NCBI GenBank assembly: GCA_017499595.2
Contig: CM039001.1
Span: forward strand, 2,852,001 to 2,916,000
Origin: Psilocybe cubensis
Lineage: Eukaryota
Direction: 5' to 3'
DNA length: 64,000 bases
Position numbers and translations under genes: made by a program. Positions 39,131 to 52,390 of the stretch are shown in pieces. The notes below the pieces were generated by a model. It saw nothing but the letters and a program-made list of their open reading frames with translations. It made no database searches and was not told the origin of the DNA. The first letter of the stretch is position 1, and every line of letters starts with the position of its first letter.

Positions 39131-41086
39131 CATCATAAAAAGTGCAGGTAGATTACAAAGCATTATAAACCTAATAAAATATTTTTTTCTTCGAAATTCT
39201 TGCACTGTGTTACAATGCTCTTGAAATGTTGTAAGAAAACAGAAATATTGCAGCATGAATAAATTTTTTCAAGGTTTACAATCTTATCCAATGTTTTTAT
39301 AATTGCAAGAATTATGGCATTGTAATGGAGTACACAAAAATCATAATAAAAATAGTTTATATATTCATAAAACATACTATAAGTATATAAGACTAATTAA
39401 ACAGAACCTAAATCTAATACCAAACCTGCTGTACCCAATGATATAGACAAGTGTCTCTAAACATGTCCTTTCCCACTGTATCTCCTACTCCTCATTCTAC
39501 GACACTACCCACCAGATACACCCGATGCATGCCAGAAGCCGCACATAGATGGGGATAGAGGTAATGTGTCATATGACAACTATGTCTGTAGTAGAGAAAG
39601 AAAGTGTGAACAGTGAAGACACGGAAGCAGAGACAGACACAGGTTAAAACATTTAGAACAACTAAAAGGAGTATAGGTAAGTGGAGGACCAGAATATATG
39701 CGTTAAAAAAGGGGAAAATACCAATAAAAAAGTGCATATACTTATAAGTACATGCCTTTAGAGTCTGCATTCAAGTGTTTGGGTGTCTGGGACCTTTTAT
39801 GAGTGAAGTTAGTAATGCCAAGTATATTAAATATGTACTCAACTTATTCCATCTTCTTTCAATTAGTGTTTAAAACAGTTAATTCTAGGATGTGGGTCAG
39901 TAGTGACAAGCACCGAGTCATCTATTACTCACTTATCACCAGAGAAATAGCATCTACCAGTTTGGGTTAAAGGAAAGCATGTAAGGTGCTACATTGAAGA
40001 TAAAGCATTAGTATATGCAGACGGGTACACGGAACCTGCCCCCAGATATATCTGTGGGCAGAGGGATGGTGACGATTTGAAGAAAGTAAATTGATTTGCT
40101 TGTGACAAGACTTCAAGTGGGTTCAGGCGCCGCTTGATTTTATTTTCAAGCTCCGATATCTGTCTAAATCTGTTTTTGAACGTCTCCAAGTCCAAACCGG
40201 TATAATGTAAGTTTGTATTTGCCACTATACTGAAGGGGGTCTCTAGTATCCAGGCGCAGAGAGTCAGTGCAACGCTTGCGAGAAACGCGACTTGGACTGC
40301 TGCGTGAGCAGCTTGTTAGTCCATGACTCTTATTGTTATTTTTTTGGTTTTTTGCGTTTGTTTTTGTTTCTCCTCTGTCTCTTGTTTGTGTCTGTTTTTT
40401 TCAATGCCTCTGTCCACTGCCCCTGTTTTCGCCGCCCTATTAAGAAGGACGCACTATAACACTTAGCTGTAAACAACAATATTGTATCCTTCATGCCGTT
40501 CCGCTGAACTATGACTATGCCAGTGCGGACGATTGAGGTAACGTAAATGCCGTCCAAACTCCTGACGCTCAACTCCGGTGAAAAATCCCAATTTATAGGT
40601 TTTGCTGAAGTTTCCAACATGATACGTCTGTCATTCCGTGAGGTACATCTTGACATTCCTTCTTTGCCTTGGTCCTGACAGATTCTCAAAAACCATATAG
40701 CACGATTCATCCAAACATGATGTCTGCAATGTGCACAATATGACTGGATGAGTGTGTTATTCTAAAGCATTCCTTGTCATTACAGAGAGAACAAAGAAGA
40801 AAAGGAGCATTTACCATTGGTAACCGAAATGATCTCCCTATCAATGCTACCGTCTCCAATATTGTGACCTAGTGGCTTTTCACAAACATATGACGACTAC
40901 AGCAATGCACAATATGACTAAACAAGATGTATGCGGGATGTAAAACATGGTTTTAAAGCAGCCTGTGTCGCTATATCCAAATGCAGAGTTAAAGGATGAA
41001 GCTCTAAAATTATTTGGGTTTTGAATGCTAAAAAATTATTGAATTGATTTGCATCGCTTTGTAATTTACTATACATTTAGTTAATC
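39131..41086. mobile_element. Non-autonomous TIR element G (CACTA/CMC-like) with gene-like cargo
   Basis: Imperfect ~55-bp TIRs (CATCA-N12-GTAGATTACAAAGC at left, GCTTTGTAATTTAC-N12-TAATC at right) and a 2-bp TSD AG. Removing it restores the in-frame Copia protease motif IDCSSSRHF. Confidence 0.75.
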
Positions 41087-43030
41087 AGTTCAAGCAGACA
41101 TTTTACCCCCAATCGTGATCAGCTCATTGACTACACGGACATTGAACCATCCCCAATCCGAGTGGCTGACAGACGCACTGTTAATGCATTTAGAAGAGGA
41201 AACATGAAGATTGTTTTCCCAATAGGCGCTGGCAAAAAACCAACACTGGTTACCCTTCTTAACATCTATTATTTGCCTGTAATGGCATTTACCCTCATCT
41301 CTATCTCTACTATAACTTGCAATGGATATACTGTGTTTATGAATAGTCTAAAATGCATAATCTGCAAGCCTAGATCTACTGGAGGTCAAATTGTCAGAAT
41401 TATACTGGTAATACAAGGCTTTTATTGCGTTTCCGAGCACACAACTTCTCTAAAACCAGCACTTTATGCGAATGTTGCCAATACAATCATTTCCATTAGT
41501 CAACTCCATTGTCTAATGGGTCACGTTAACCATAATGATCTTTGAGACATGGTGAAAAATGGACACATTACCGGCATTAATCTTGATCTCAACTCAAAGC
41601 CGGAATACTGCAATGTGTATATACAAGCCAAAGCAATCCAAAAATCCTTTCTAAAGGAGAGTTTGGATAACACAAAAGAATACGGAGACAAAGTCACAAG
41701 TGACCTATGAGGTCCAGCACGAGTCAAATCACTAGACGGCGCCTCATATTACACTATATTCAAGGATAAAGCAACCAAAAAGATGCAAATCTACTTCCAG
41801 AAGGAGAAAAGCGAGATGCTTAACTCTTATTTGAAATACAAAGCATGGGCAAAGATTCATAGAGGTGTTAAAACCATCAAAATCTTTGGTTCAGATTGAG
41901 GGGGAGAATATACATCTATAGAGTTCAATGAACATCTTGCCAAACAAGGCACCAAACAATACCTAACAGTTTATGACTCACCTCAGAGCAATGGAGCATC
42001 AGAATAGAGCAATAATAATTGCATCCAGACTCAAGGTAGACTTCTGGGCAGAGGCAGTCAAACACGCAGTTTGGGTGGACAACCGCACACCAACGCAATC
42101 AATTCCTGATGGTGTAACACCACATGAGAAGGCTACAGGCAAAATACTTGATCTTTCCAATCTAATTGAGTAGGGAAAAGCTGTTTAAGTTAAAGTCAAG
42201 AACCTAAAAGATAGAAAACTTGGACCTTGTGCAATCAAAGCGCATTTTGTCGGATACGACAACAAATTAAAAGGCTATCAAATCTACTAGAGCAAGGCTA
42301 GGAAGATAACGGTTGAATGCAACATTTATTTTAACAAAAACAATACATTTTTGCCAGAGACAGCTTGCTCTGAGGGGGAGAATGTCAGTCTGGAAATTAA
42401 ACCTGATCATACCAAGGCTATTTCTACTATTTCTACACCAAATCCTACGTCAAAGATAGCATTGGAAAGATCTGAGAAGCAGCTTTTAAACGCACTCTTA
42501 AACATATTGAACAAGTCAGAAATAACCAAGAACAATTTGAAGCAAAACAAACCTTCTATAGCACCCTTCAAAATACAATCTCTACCAAATACCCAATATT
42601 CACACCAAAGATCTACCAAATCCAACAATACAAAATGCAACACACAGCCTTTTGAAAGGCCTAAACAATTGCAACATAATTCTGGGTTTTATTCCAATAA
42701 GAATATCACAAAATGTGGCGAAGGTGCAGGCATGATTGCCACCATGGAGAAGAATGAAGAAGACATTGCAATTAGTGATTTTTTCACCGCTCAAGCGCTC
42801 AAAACAGTTGTTGAGAAAGCTTTAGCTGCAGGAAGAGAAGACACACCATCTGTTAGCAAGGCTTTACGTGGAAACAAATGGACAGAGTGGAAAAAGAACT
42901 CAACCAAATCAACAAATTCCAAACATTTGATTTCATCAAAGACCCTAGCAATGTCAACATCATAGATGGCATATGGACACTTTGAAAAAAGCAAAAAGCA
43001 AGTGGCAAGATCCTTTGCTACAAAGCCTGG

Positions 43031-44649
43031 TGTAGATCAAAGTTTGTGATTAGTTATAAACTATAAGTAATCTAACAAACACAAACCCCAGGGAAAGAAT
43101 GGTCCAGACTAGACAGGACAAAACTTTTACCTAAGTTTCTTAAGGAAGGGTGTTGCCTAGGATTTAAGTAGATTAGGATTGTATAGATAGTGAAGGGTAA
43201 TGAAAGTGAAATAGTAAGAAGTGGATACCTGGGTCTTCTGGGTACAATGGTAAATAAATCTTCAGAAAATAGAATAGAGCTGTGAAATTGGATGACAGGT
43301 GTATATGGAAAGCGTGATGAAGGTGAGTAGGTTGCGTAGAGAAAATTAATAAAGGTGAACCTTAAAGAAGTAGTCTGAAGAGAATTGGGGACGTTTGGGA
43401 GAAAATAAAAAGGTGATCGGGAGTAGGAACATCATTGAATAGCTGAATCTTGGTAAACAGATAGTGAAGATGAAAGATTCCTTAAATTGACAATCTTTCT
43501 GAAGCTTGGAATGAATCGGTATATTGCAGGAGTATTGACTGGATTGAGGGTGAAAGACTAAGTCTGTCTTGAATAAAATCACTCCAGATGAGTTGATGGA
43601 GGGAAGAATGTCTTGAAATAACTCCTAATGGCAATGGTTGGAAGGCATAGAAAGGGAAGATTTGGTAACAGATTGGATGGAGAAGAGGAAGTAAGAAGGT
43701 TCTGGATGTTTGGATAGAAGTGGGATCTTCAACGCTGGGAAGAAGAAGCATTGGAAGAGAAGGAAGACTAGTCTCAGATAAAATCCTCTGTCAATGAAAA
43801 GCAAAATGATTTTGGATGAATGGATGTGAACTTGGTTACGTCAGAGTATGGAACTGATAACTGATTTTGACTTGGGCTTGGGCTTGGGCTTAAACTTGAG
43901 CTTAGAATTGGAATGAATCAATGTGGATTGACTTAAATTGACTTGCTTTGAAGAAAGTGGGGACTGGATGTAACTTTCCTGTCATTTCATGTAATTTTAT
44001 TATAGCTTTTATACTAAAAGCTACGTGAATAAAATACCAATCTAAGCTACTGAAAACCAAATCATATACCATACAAAGTATTAAGAATAAGGCTATACAA
44101 GCATAATAATAAGCAAGAACAATAAAACATGTCAATATTAACACAACAATAGATAAGAAATGAATAGGATGAGTAAGAAAGAAGTGTACAACAAAGGTGA
44201 ATGGTAATACAGATTAGATAAAAGAAGCAAGGATGAGTCAGAAAACATAGAAGATTGGTAAGACAAAGACAATAAAAGTGCCACAGACAATAGAAAAGAT
44301 ATAAATAAACACAAAAGATGAGTAAAACAAACCAAAAATAAATTAATATGAGTAATCTGCAGTCTAATGCTGAGTAAGACCATTGAGTTGATAAAAATAG
44401 AGTTGACAGTCTGGCAGTGCAAGGCAGTGCAGAGTGCTATGAAGTTTGATTGATGACTAATCTGTTGCATAGCCTTGATGATCCAATAGAATGACATGAT
44501 CCGGAATAATGTGGCTCCCATATGACAAGTGTTGATAAAATAAGATGTGTGGATGACTTTGGAAACAGATAACTGCATGGGTTGAGGATGTTATGTATAC
44601 ATAAATCCAATTTGAATATCTCATCACCAATCAAAATTGTGGTATGATA
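43031..44649. mobile_element. Family D ~1.6-kb insertion, copy 2
   Basis: Colinear with 1563..3116. Interrupts the Copia E RT at the YKA(R) motif. Flanked by the 4-bp duplication CTGG/CCGG. Confidence 0.75.
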
Positions 44650-45608
44650 CCGGTTCTGTTTACAAGATTATAAGTAGGAATATGGAAAGGATTATGAAGA
44701 AACCTTTGCTCTTACCATCAAACCTTTAACTTTACATTCCATACTCTCTGTAGCAGCTCACAAAGATGCCATAATTGTCTAGGCAGATGTCAAAAATGCC
44801 TATCTACATGGTACAAACAATCCAAATGAGATTATTTACATAAAGCTACCACAATACTACCTCAACTTCTACAAAGTTCTAGCAAACCTAGCTTATCTAG
44901 ACCTATCTCAAATTGTTTGTAGACTATGGCAGCCACTCTATGGCAGCAAACAAGGTGCATTTTGCTTTTATTAGTTTATCAGCAAGACATTTGCAACCCT
45001 AGAACTCACGGTTAGCCATTCCAACAAAGCACTGTTCTACAAATTCAACAAGGATGGCAGCTATATCATTGTTGGAGCCGCTACAGACAACTTCACTATC
45101 ATTGGAGATTGTGATAAGACCACCAACCAATTCCTCAATACTTTGGAGAAATACATGGAACTAATGCAATTGGGTCCAATTAACTGGCTTCTAGGTACCT
45201 CCGTTGAATGGAATCTTGAAGCACACACAATCAAACTTAGACAAAAAGCATTCATTAACCAAATTGTCACCAAGTTTGGTCAATAAAATGCATACCCCGT
45301 CACCACTCTACTTCTTCCAAACATTGACTTATCTCATGGTCTTTTACACATATCTCCACAACTTGCAACACCAGCAGAGAAATCGAAGTATTGACACTAG
45401 TACCTACCACTGATTATAAAAAACAATAACAAGTGTAAGCACATTCTTCTGAATACTGTTGAAGGGTTTATAAGAAAGAAAATATATATAACATAGATAA
45501 TGAGAATGTTAGTGTATTTTTTATAAGTTTTGTTACACTTTGCTAAAGTTTTTTTATTAGTTATAGAGCACTTTTTTGAGGTTTTTTCATTGATCTTAGT
45601 ATGCTTTT

Positions 45609-45760
45609 TGTCAGACACCTGTCCTTGTACATACTTGTCACATGTCTATGCATAGAGTAGTACGCACCCGGCACCTCTTGTTCTTCAGTCTCTACCTGGT
45701 CAATCACTCACATCCGTTGTTTTGCCCGCTGTTCCCTTGTCACTGAGTCCTCTTCTGACA
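45609..45760 (+). repeat. Gypsy C 5' LTR (152 bp)
   Basis: TGTCAGA...TCTGACA, matches 58723..58874. Confidence 0.93.
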
Positions 45761-46219
45761 TTAGGTAGAGACTTAAACAAAAAAATACATCTCCTTACTC
45801 TTTAATCATCTTTATCACCTCCCTCCTAAAACCATTCTCAATCTCTAGAGCGTTTTAAAATACTCTTCCTACATCCAAACTGTCTGACTCTACTCTTCCG
45901 TAGCCTTTTGTGTTATCCACCCTCAACCGTCTCAACAAATTATTCCTAGAAGCTGACTAGCTTTTTCTAGCAATAGAAAGTGAAACTACCTGCTTTGCTG
46001 CTATTCACGAGAATTACAGATTTGTACTGTCAACACTAAATCACCTACTCAGATTCTCGCTTGCTGTTGATTTTCACAATGCTTGTTCTTGCCTTGATTC
46101 TTTGTTTGCCCAGTTTTTGGCTTTACAATCATCTATTGCAGAACTGAGACAGTCTGCAGCTAATCCTGAAAGTATTCACTCCTCTTGTTTCTCAACTCCT
46201 GACAGTCTCCCAGGATGGA

Positions 46220-49200
46220 TACCTACCATTTTTATGATAAAATATAAGCATATGCCAGCACCCTCATATCTTTCTAGCCAAGGGTTAATTAATATGAAAT
46301 CCCAATGACAAGTTATGATATGAATTAAATTTTTCTTTTTATTCTTGTCAGACAGATTTATCATATTTTGCCATAAATCTATTATAACTTGCCATAAATT
46401 TATCATATGTAGATAGATATTAGATATGGAAATTAATGATATATATCATTAAACACATGGCAACATTATGATATAGAATAATATGAAAATTATGATATAG
46501 GGTCTATTAGACAGATTTATCATTATTTGCCATAGATCTATCATTTTTTGCCATAAAATATATCATTAGCAAATGATATAGCCAATATTAGCTAGATTAT
46601 ACTTATCTTATTGTAGATTATCTGTCAGATAATTAGTATCTAACAGACTATCTTATTAGATAGTACCTAGTTATTTTTATAAAGATCTGATCTAGGCATC
46701 TATATCAATGACATCACTGCTTAGCCTTCCCCTTTGCCTCGGCTCCTGGCTCTATAAATAGAGCTCATCCTATGCTACTTTTGGGCATTGCTAGCAATGG
46801 ATTGGGCGCTTTTGGGGGCATTTCTGGACCGTTTCCCTTGGTTTTTTTTGGTAGACCTATAGTTTTAAAGTGTTCCAATTTGAATCTGAAGTCAGAATTG
46901 CAATATCTTTACCCATTCTTCTACAATTAAGCATACAATGTTTTGGCCAAAAAGCGCACCTTGAATAGCACCCTCTAGGGGTTGGTATGCACCTTTTTGA
47001 CTATGCCTTTATTTTTTATTTATGTTAAACGGAGTACATGCCAAGTTTCAGCTCAATTGGAGCAGTAGAACCTATTGAACTAGAATATGCACCCTACCCC
47101 TCCCCCTGCCCCTTGTATGAATGCCTTCCTGATTAGATAAATTCAGGCCCAACTAGGGCTGGGTAGGCGCCTATTATACCAATTTTTAAAGCCCAAAATT
47201 TTGGTGCAATTCTAAGATTTAAGGGTACTACCCCCCACTCCCTCCAGAACTTGTATATTTTATTATGGGATAGAATGACTATTACTAGCACATATAGATA
47301 TGTAATGCTGCTCTAAACAGTAGCATATTTGCATTAAATATCTCTGAAATAATCTACATGAAAAAGAACACCTTGGTTATGAAGCTAATAAGAAGGTATT
47401 GGATGTGCAACATAATATAACCATATCACTGCTTATACTTCACTAAAATGTACATACCTTACATTCCCAAATAGCTACTAAGGTCCTCTACATATTATAT
47501 TAATGGTGCCAAATGGCCAGAATGCTTAACAAGATGGTACAAGAAGAATAAGCATTATTGTTTAAAAATGGAGGAAAAGCAAAATATGATGTGGAAGATA
47601 ACACTTATAAAATACATAAACTATACGGCTGTATAGCTATAAATGACACCTATCTGTGGTATATTGACTCATGGAAATCCAATGAGTATGAGCTGAGATA
47701 TGTCAAAATGTATCTTGGAGGAAAGCCAAAGAGGTGACCACAAACAAAGCATAAATAAAGGCCAATATCCATCCGGGTCTTTGATAGGTTCTTCAACACC
47801 TTTCTTTCCATATCTCAACCACCACTGGTCCGATGCACAACATCCTTGATGTTCTAGAAAGCTAAAGTTTGGGTCTATACTATCCTGCTTTTATATTCTC
47901 TGATTATAATCTTTTATATATGGTAAACGCAAAAATACTATGCATTCTGATGAAGAATGGTATTTTCTCTGCAGCATCTCATCTAATGGATGGATCTCTT
48001 TAGGTGCTAAAATGATATTTAGAAGGCATCAATAGGTATCTGTGGACATCAAGAGTATGAATTATAACGAAGTATTTGTAAAGATATGACCTGATTAATA
48101 ATCTACCATACCTCTTCTCATGCCCCTAGTTAAATCAGTATGTTTCCTTGTTGCAGTGGGCTTTTAAGAGTATTTTTTGGACTCTATGTACTGTTAGTAG
48201 TACATCTACATGTTTTTTAATGGTCTGAAAGCCCATCCTATGGTATAATAAAATACACAAGTTCTGGAGGGAGTGGGGGGTAGTACCCTTAAATCTTAGA
48301 ATTGCACCAAAATTTTGGGCTTTAAAAATTGGTATAATAGGCGCCTACCCAGCCCTAGTTGGGCCTGAATTTATCTAATCAGGAAGGCATTCATACAAGG
48401 GGCAGGGGGAGGGGTAGGGTGCATATTCTAGTTCAATAGGTTCTACTGCTCCAATTGAGCTGAAACTTGGCATGTACTCCGTTTAACATAAATAAAAAAT
48501 AAAGGCATAGTCAAAAAGGTGCATACCAACCCCTAGAGGGTGCTATTCAAGGTGCGCTTTTTGGCCAAAACATTGTATGCTTAATTGTAGAAGAATGGGT
48601 AAAGATATTGCAATTCTGACTTCAGATTCAAATTGGAACACTTTAAAACTATAGGTCTACCAAAAAAAACCAAGGGAAACGGTCCAGAAATGCCCCCAAA
48701 AGCGCCCAATCCATTGCTAGCAATGCCCAAAAGTAGCATAGGATGAGCTCTATTTATAGAGCCAGGAGCCGAGGCAAAGGGGAAGGCTAAGCAGTGATGT
48801 CATTGATATAGATGCCTAGATCAGATCTTTATAAAAATAACTAGGTACTATCTAATAAGATAGTCTGTTAGATAATAATTATCTGACAGATAATCTACAA
48901 TAAGATAAGTATAATCTAGCTAATATTGGCTATATCATTTGCTAATGATATATTTTATGGCAAAAAATGATAGATCTATGGCAAATAATGATAAATCTGT
49001 CTAATAGACCCTATATCATAATTTTCATATCATTCTATATCATAATGTTGCCATGTGTTTAATAATATATATCATTAATTTCCATATCTAATATCTATCT
49101 ACATATGATAAATTTATGGCAAGTTATAATAGATTTATGGCAAAATATGATAAATCTGTCTGACAAGAATAAAAAGAAAAATTTAATTCATATCATAACT

Positions 49201-49291
49201 TGTCATTGGGATTTCATATTAATTAAACCTTGGCTAGAAAGATATGAGGATGCTATCATCTGCTTATATTTTATCATAAAAATGGTAGGTA
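46220..49291. mobile_element. Foldback-like element F: ~1.05-kb inverted arms around a 978-bp spacer
   Basis: 46214..47266 is the reverse complement of 48245..49297, with few mismatches and no net indel. Termini TACCTACCA...TGGTAGGTA. TTGCCATA(A/G)AT subrepeats in the arms. Confidence 0.88.
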
Positions 49292-51176
49292 CCCATCTGA
49301 CTTTGCACACGTTTTCTCCAAGGATAGCTTTGATAAGCTTCCCCCATAACTCCCCTGGACTATGCAATTAATCTCAAACCCAATGCAAAAATAATCAAAG
49401 CTAAGATTTTCCCTTTTTTACCATATAAGCAAAAGAAACTCAAGGAATGGATAGCGGAATAGAAATCGACTGGTCAGATCCGTGATTCAATCTTACCCTT
49501 TGCTTCCACCTATCCAGGACTACCGGAAGCTCAACAATATGACAATTAAAAATTGCTATCTCTTGCCTCTCATTAGCAACCTCATGGACAAGCTCAAGGG
49601 TGCAAAGATTTTTATGAAGCTTGACGTTTGCTGGGGCTTCAATAATGTCTGGATTTGTGAAAGTGACGAGCACAAGGCTGCGTTCATAACGGAATTTGGC
49701 CTGTTTGAACCTTTGGTGATGTTTTTTTTGGCTTGATTAACTCTTCTGTGACATTGCAAAATATGATGAATAATCTTTTCAGGGAGCTCATTGCTAAAGG
49801 ACATGTCATTATTTACATAAATGACATCCTCATCTTCACAGACAATCTCGGCTCACACCGCGTGCTAGTTCAGCGTGTCCTCAATATCCTGGAGACCAAC
49901 AAGCTCTATCTCAAGCCAGAGAAATGTGTCTTCAAACCCACCGAGGTCAACTACCTAGGCGTTATCATTGGCAACAGGTGCCTCAAGATGGACCCAAAGA
50001 AGATCAAAGCTATTATGAACTGGCCTGTCCTATACTGCAAGAAGGATGTACAGCAATTCCTTGGTTTCATCAACTTCTACCAGCGATTCATCAAGGACTT
50101 TTTGAAGATGTCTTCTTGCTTGAACTGTCTTGGCGGTAATGTACCATGGAAGTAGGATCAAGATGAGTCCCTCGCTTTTACATCTTTGAAAGAAGCTTGC
50201 TGTAATGGTATTGTCCTGTCGCTGCCCATTGATAATGCACCCTTCCGCATTAAGGCTGATAGCTTGGGTTATGCCACTGGATGTCAGGGTTTCTCCAGTT
50301 TCTCCTCTTTATCTTCATAGAATTATCTTATTCTTTCATTATCTTATCAATTATCTGATTAGATAGTTTATTTCTTTCATCACAGCCTTCTTGCTCCACT
50401 TTTTTCTAGTAAATTCTATATAATTCCTAGTCTTACTCATCCTTTTTCTATATGATGTCACTTTTATTCTAAAATAGCTGTAGAGTATAATACTGGACTT
50501 GTAGGTAGCTGTAGCTTCAGCTTCAATCTCTTAGGATATCCACTATTATTGGTGTGATCTCTTAGAATCATTGAGTCTCTCTCACACTCTTATTTTCTCT
50601 CTGCTCTCTTACTCTTTCTCTGCTCTCTCTCTCTCTTGCTTGATCTTTGTTGGTGGCCTTGTCACACTAATTATAGTGTTGCCCTGACAGAAGATTGAAG
50701 CTCTCTCAAGACAATTCCACCATCTCTCTTTCAACACCAAACTCTTCACCTCTTCAACCTCTTCAACATCATCACCTCAACCTTTTTCCTCCACTTCCAA
50801 TCTACCAACCCCTTTACCAACCTCTTCACCAATCTCTTTACCAATCTCTACTTCTCCACCAACCTTCAACATCTTCCTTAAGACCTTTCCTCAAGACCTT
50901 TGGCTCATCATCTTTCCTACTCTCTGTTGTGTGCTGTGTGTGAACTTAGTAGATAGGGATACCAACTGTTGGGGTAGACACAGTCCTACTAGTGTTCTGT
51001 TTTTGGTGGTCTAGGAAATATCCAGTAACCCTGTGATCCTAGGTTTAGAGCCCTGAGTGGTGTGACAACTGGGTATCCAGTAGATAGATATTTTTTTAGA
51101 GTATTTAGTATAGTTTCAAGGGCACTTTCAGTAGATAGCTTCTCCCACACACACATCAGAGAGCCTACCCCTACCC

Positions 51177-52286
51177 ATGGACATGGACCCCTCCCAATTG
51201 CCTCCCACCACTCCTTCTATGGAAGAGCTCATGCATCAGGTCCAGCTCCTTACCCAAGAGTTGAATTTTCTTAGACAGCAGCAGCAGTCATCATCCACTC
51301 CACCACACCCTCAGCAACCAGTCAGTCAGTCACCATCATCACCACCACCACCACCACCTGCTGCTCTAGATATTCACTCTTTCCCTACCCCTCATGTTGC
51401 CCCTTCCTGTTCACACTCTGTCATTAAAGTCTCACCTCCAGATCCATTTGATGGTTCTATGGAGAAGGCAAAAAACTTCCTCAGTCAGCTCAAATTATAT
51501 TTCTATGGGAAAGGGATTACAGATAACTTTCAGAAAGTTATTTGTGCTCTATCTCATATAAAAGCAGGTACTGCTGGGAAGTGGGCATATGAGAAGACTA
51601 AAGTAATAGACAATGCTCAGTCCCAAGAAAGTCTTAGGGCTGACTTTGTTTATGAATTTAGGGAAGTGTTTGCAGATTCAGACCCCTCCAACACAGCTAA
51701 GCATAAAATGCACATGCTCAAGCAAGGCAGGCAGACTGCTGATGAGTATGTTGCTAGCTTTAGGGCTCTGATCTCAGATACTGGGTATAATGATGCTGCT
51801 TTGGTAAACCAATTCAAGGCTGGGCTTAATAAAAATCTCAGGAATGCAGTCTACTATGTTCCTGACATGCCCAAAACCTTGGATGGATAGATTAAATGGA
51901 GTATTAGGCTAAATAGGCAGTGGAGACAGAGTAAGGCCTTTACCAAGTCTCTTTCCTTCTCTTCCTCTTCTCCCTTCTTTAAAGCCCCAACTCCCAAGGC
52001 TGTTCCTAAGCCTACTCCAAATCCTCTAGTCTTTTCTAACAGCAGCTTAAGGACCTTTAGTGCTTAGGCAAAGCAACCAGATGTAGTTCCCATGGAGGTT
52101 GACTCTGGATGGAAGTCAGTTAGGCCAATTGTTTGCTTCAAGTACAGAAAGCCTGGTCATAAGGCTGTAAACTGCAGGTCATCAGTTAACATCAATGCCA
52201 TGACCCATGAAGAACTGGCTGACTACTTTGGGAAATTAATCTTGGAAGGCAAGGAGCAGAAAGATAAGGAAAAGAAAAATTTTTAG
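51177..52286 (+). pseudogene. gag: Gypsy B gag
   Basis: PDPFDG, LKQGRQTADEY...F, PMEVD and the degenerate knuckle CFKYRKPGHKAVNC. In-frame stops, e.g. TAG at 51888. Confidence 0.9.
52277..52283 (+). promoter_or_regulatory. Putative -1 ribosomal frameshift heptamer A AAT TTT
   Basis: X XXY YYZ motif immediately before the gag stop. Pol lies in the -1 frame. Confidence 0.65.
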
Positions 52287-52390
52287 AAGCACTATTGGTA
52301 AAAGATATGTCCCAATGGAATAGATTTAATGTACTAGAAAATGAAAATGACAGACTTGATCCTTAGTCTTCAGATTCTGGTGTAGAAATC

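Larger units (their letters stand above)
37952..45400 (+). mobile_element. Copia family E, decayed (gag-PR-IN-RT), no LTR recognised
   Basis: Gag IPKL..DRSNWITYK, degenerate zinc knuckle, protease IIDCS|SSRHF, integrase LHCLMGH and FWAEAV, RT ADVKNAYLHG. Interrupted at 39131 and 43031 and cut at 45400. Confidence 0.88.

Noticed and set aside
39131-41090. Insertion G as a Helitron
   Set aside because: No 3' hairpin/CTAG end. TIRs plus a 2-bp TSD restore the host frame better.
46176-46406. Mirror ORFs 46176..46406 and 49105..49371 as genes
   Set aside because: Chance ORFs in the AT-rich subrepeats of the inverted arms.
47267-48244. FCVYHI peptide on the minus strand of the F spacer as a MULE transposase motif
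   Set aside because: Six residues flanked by stops; insufficient without a profile search.
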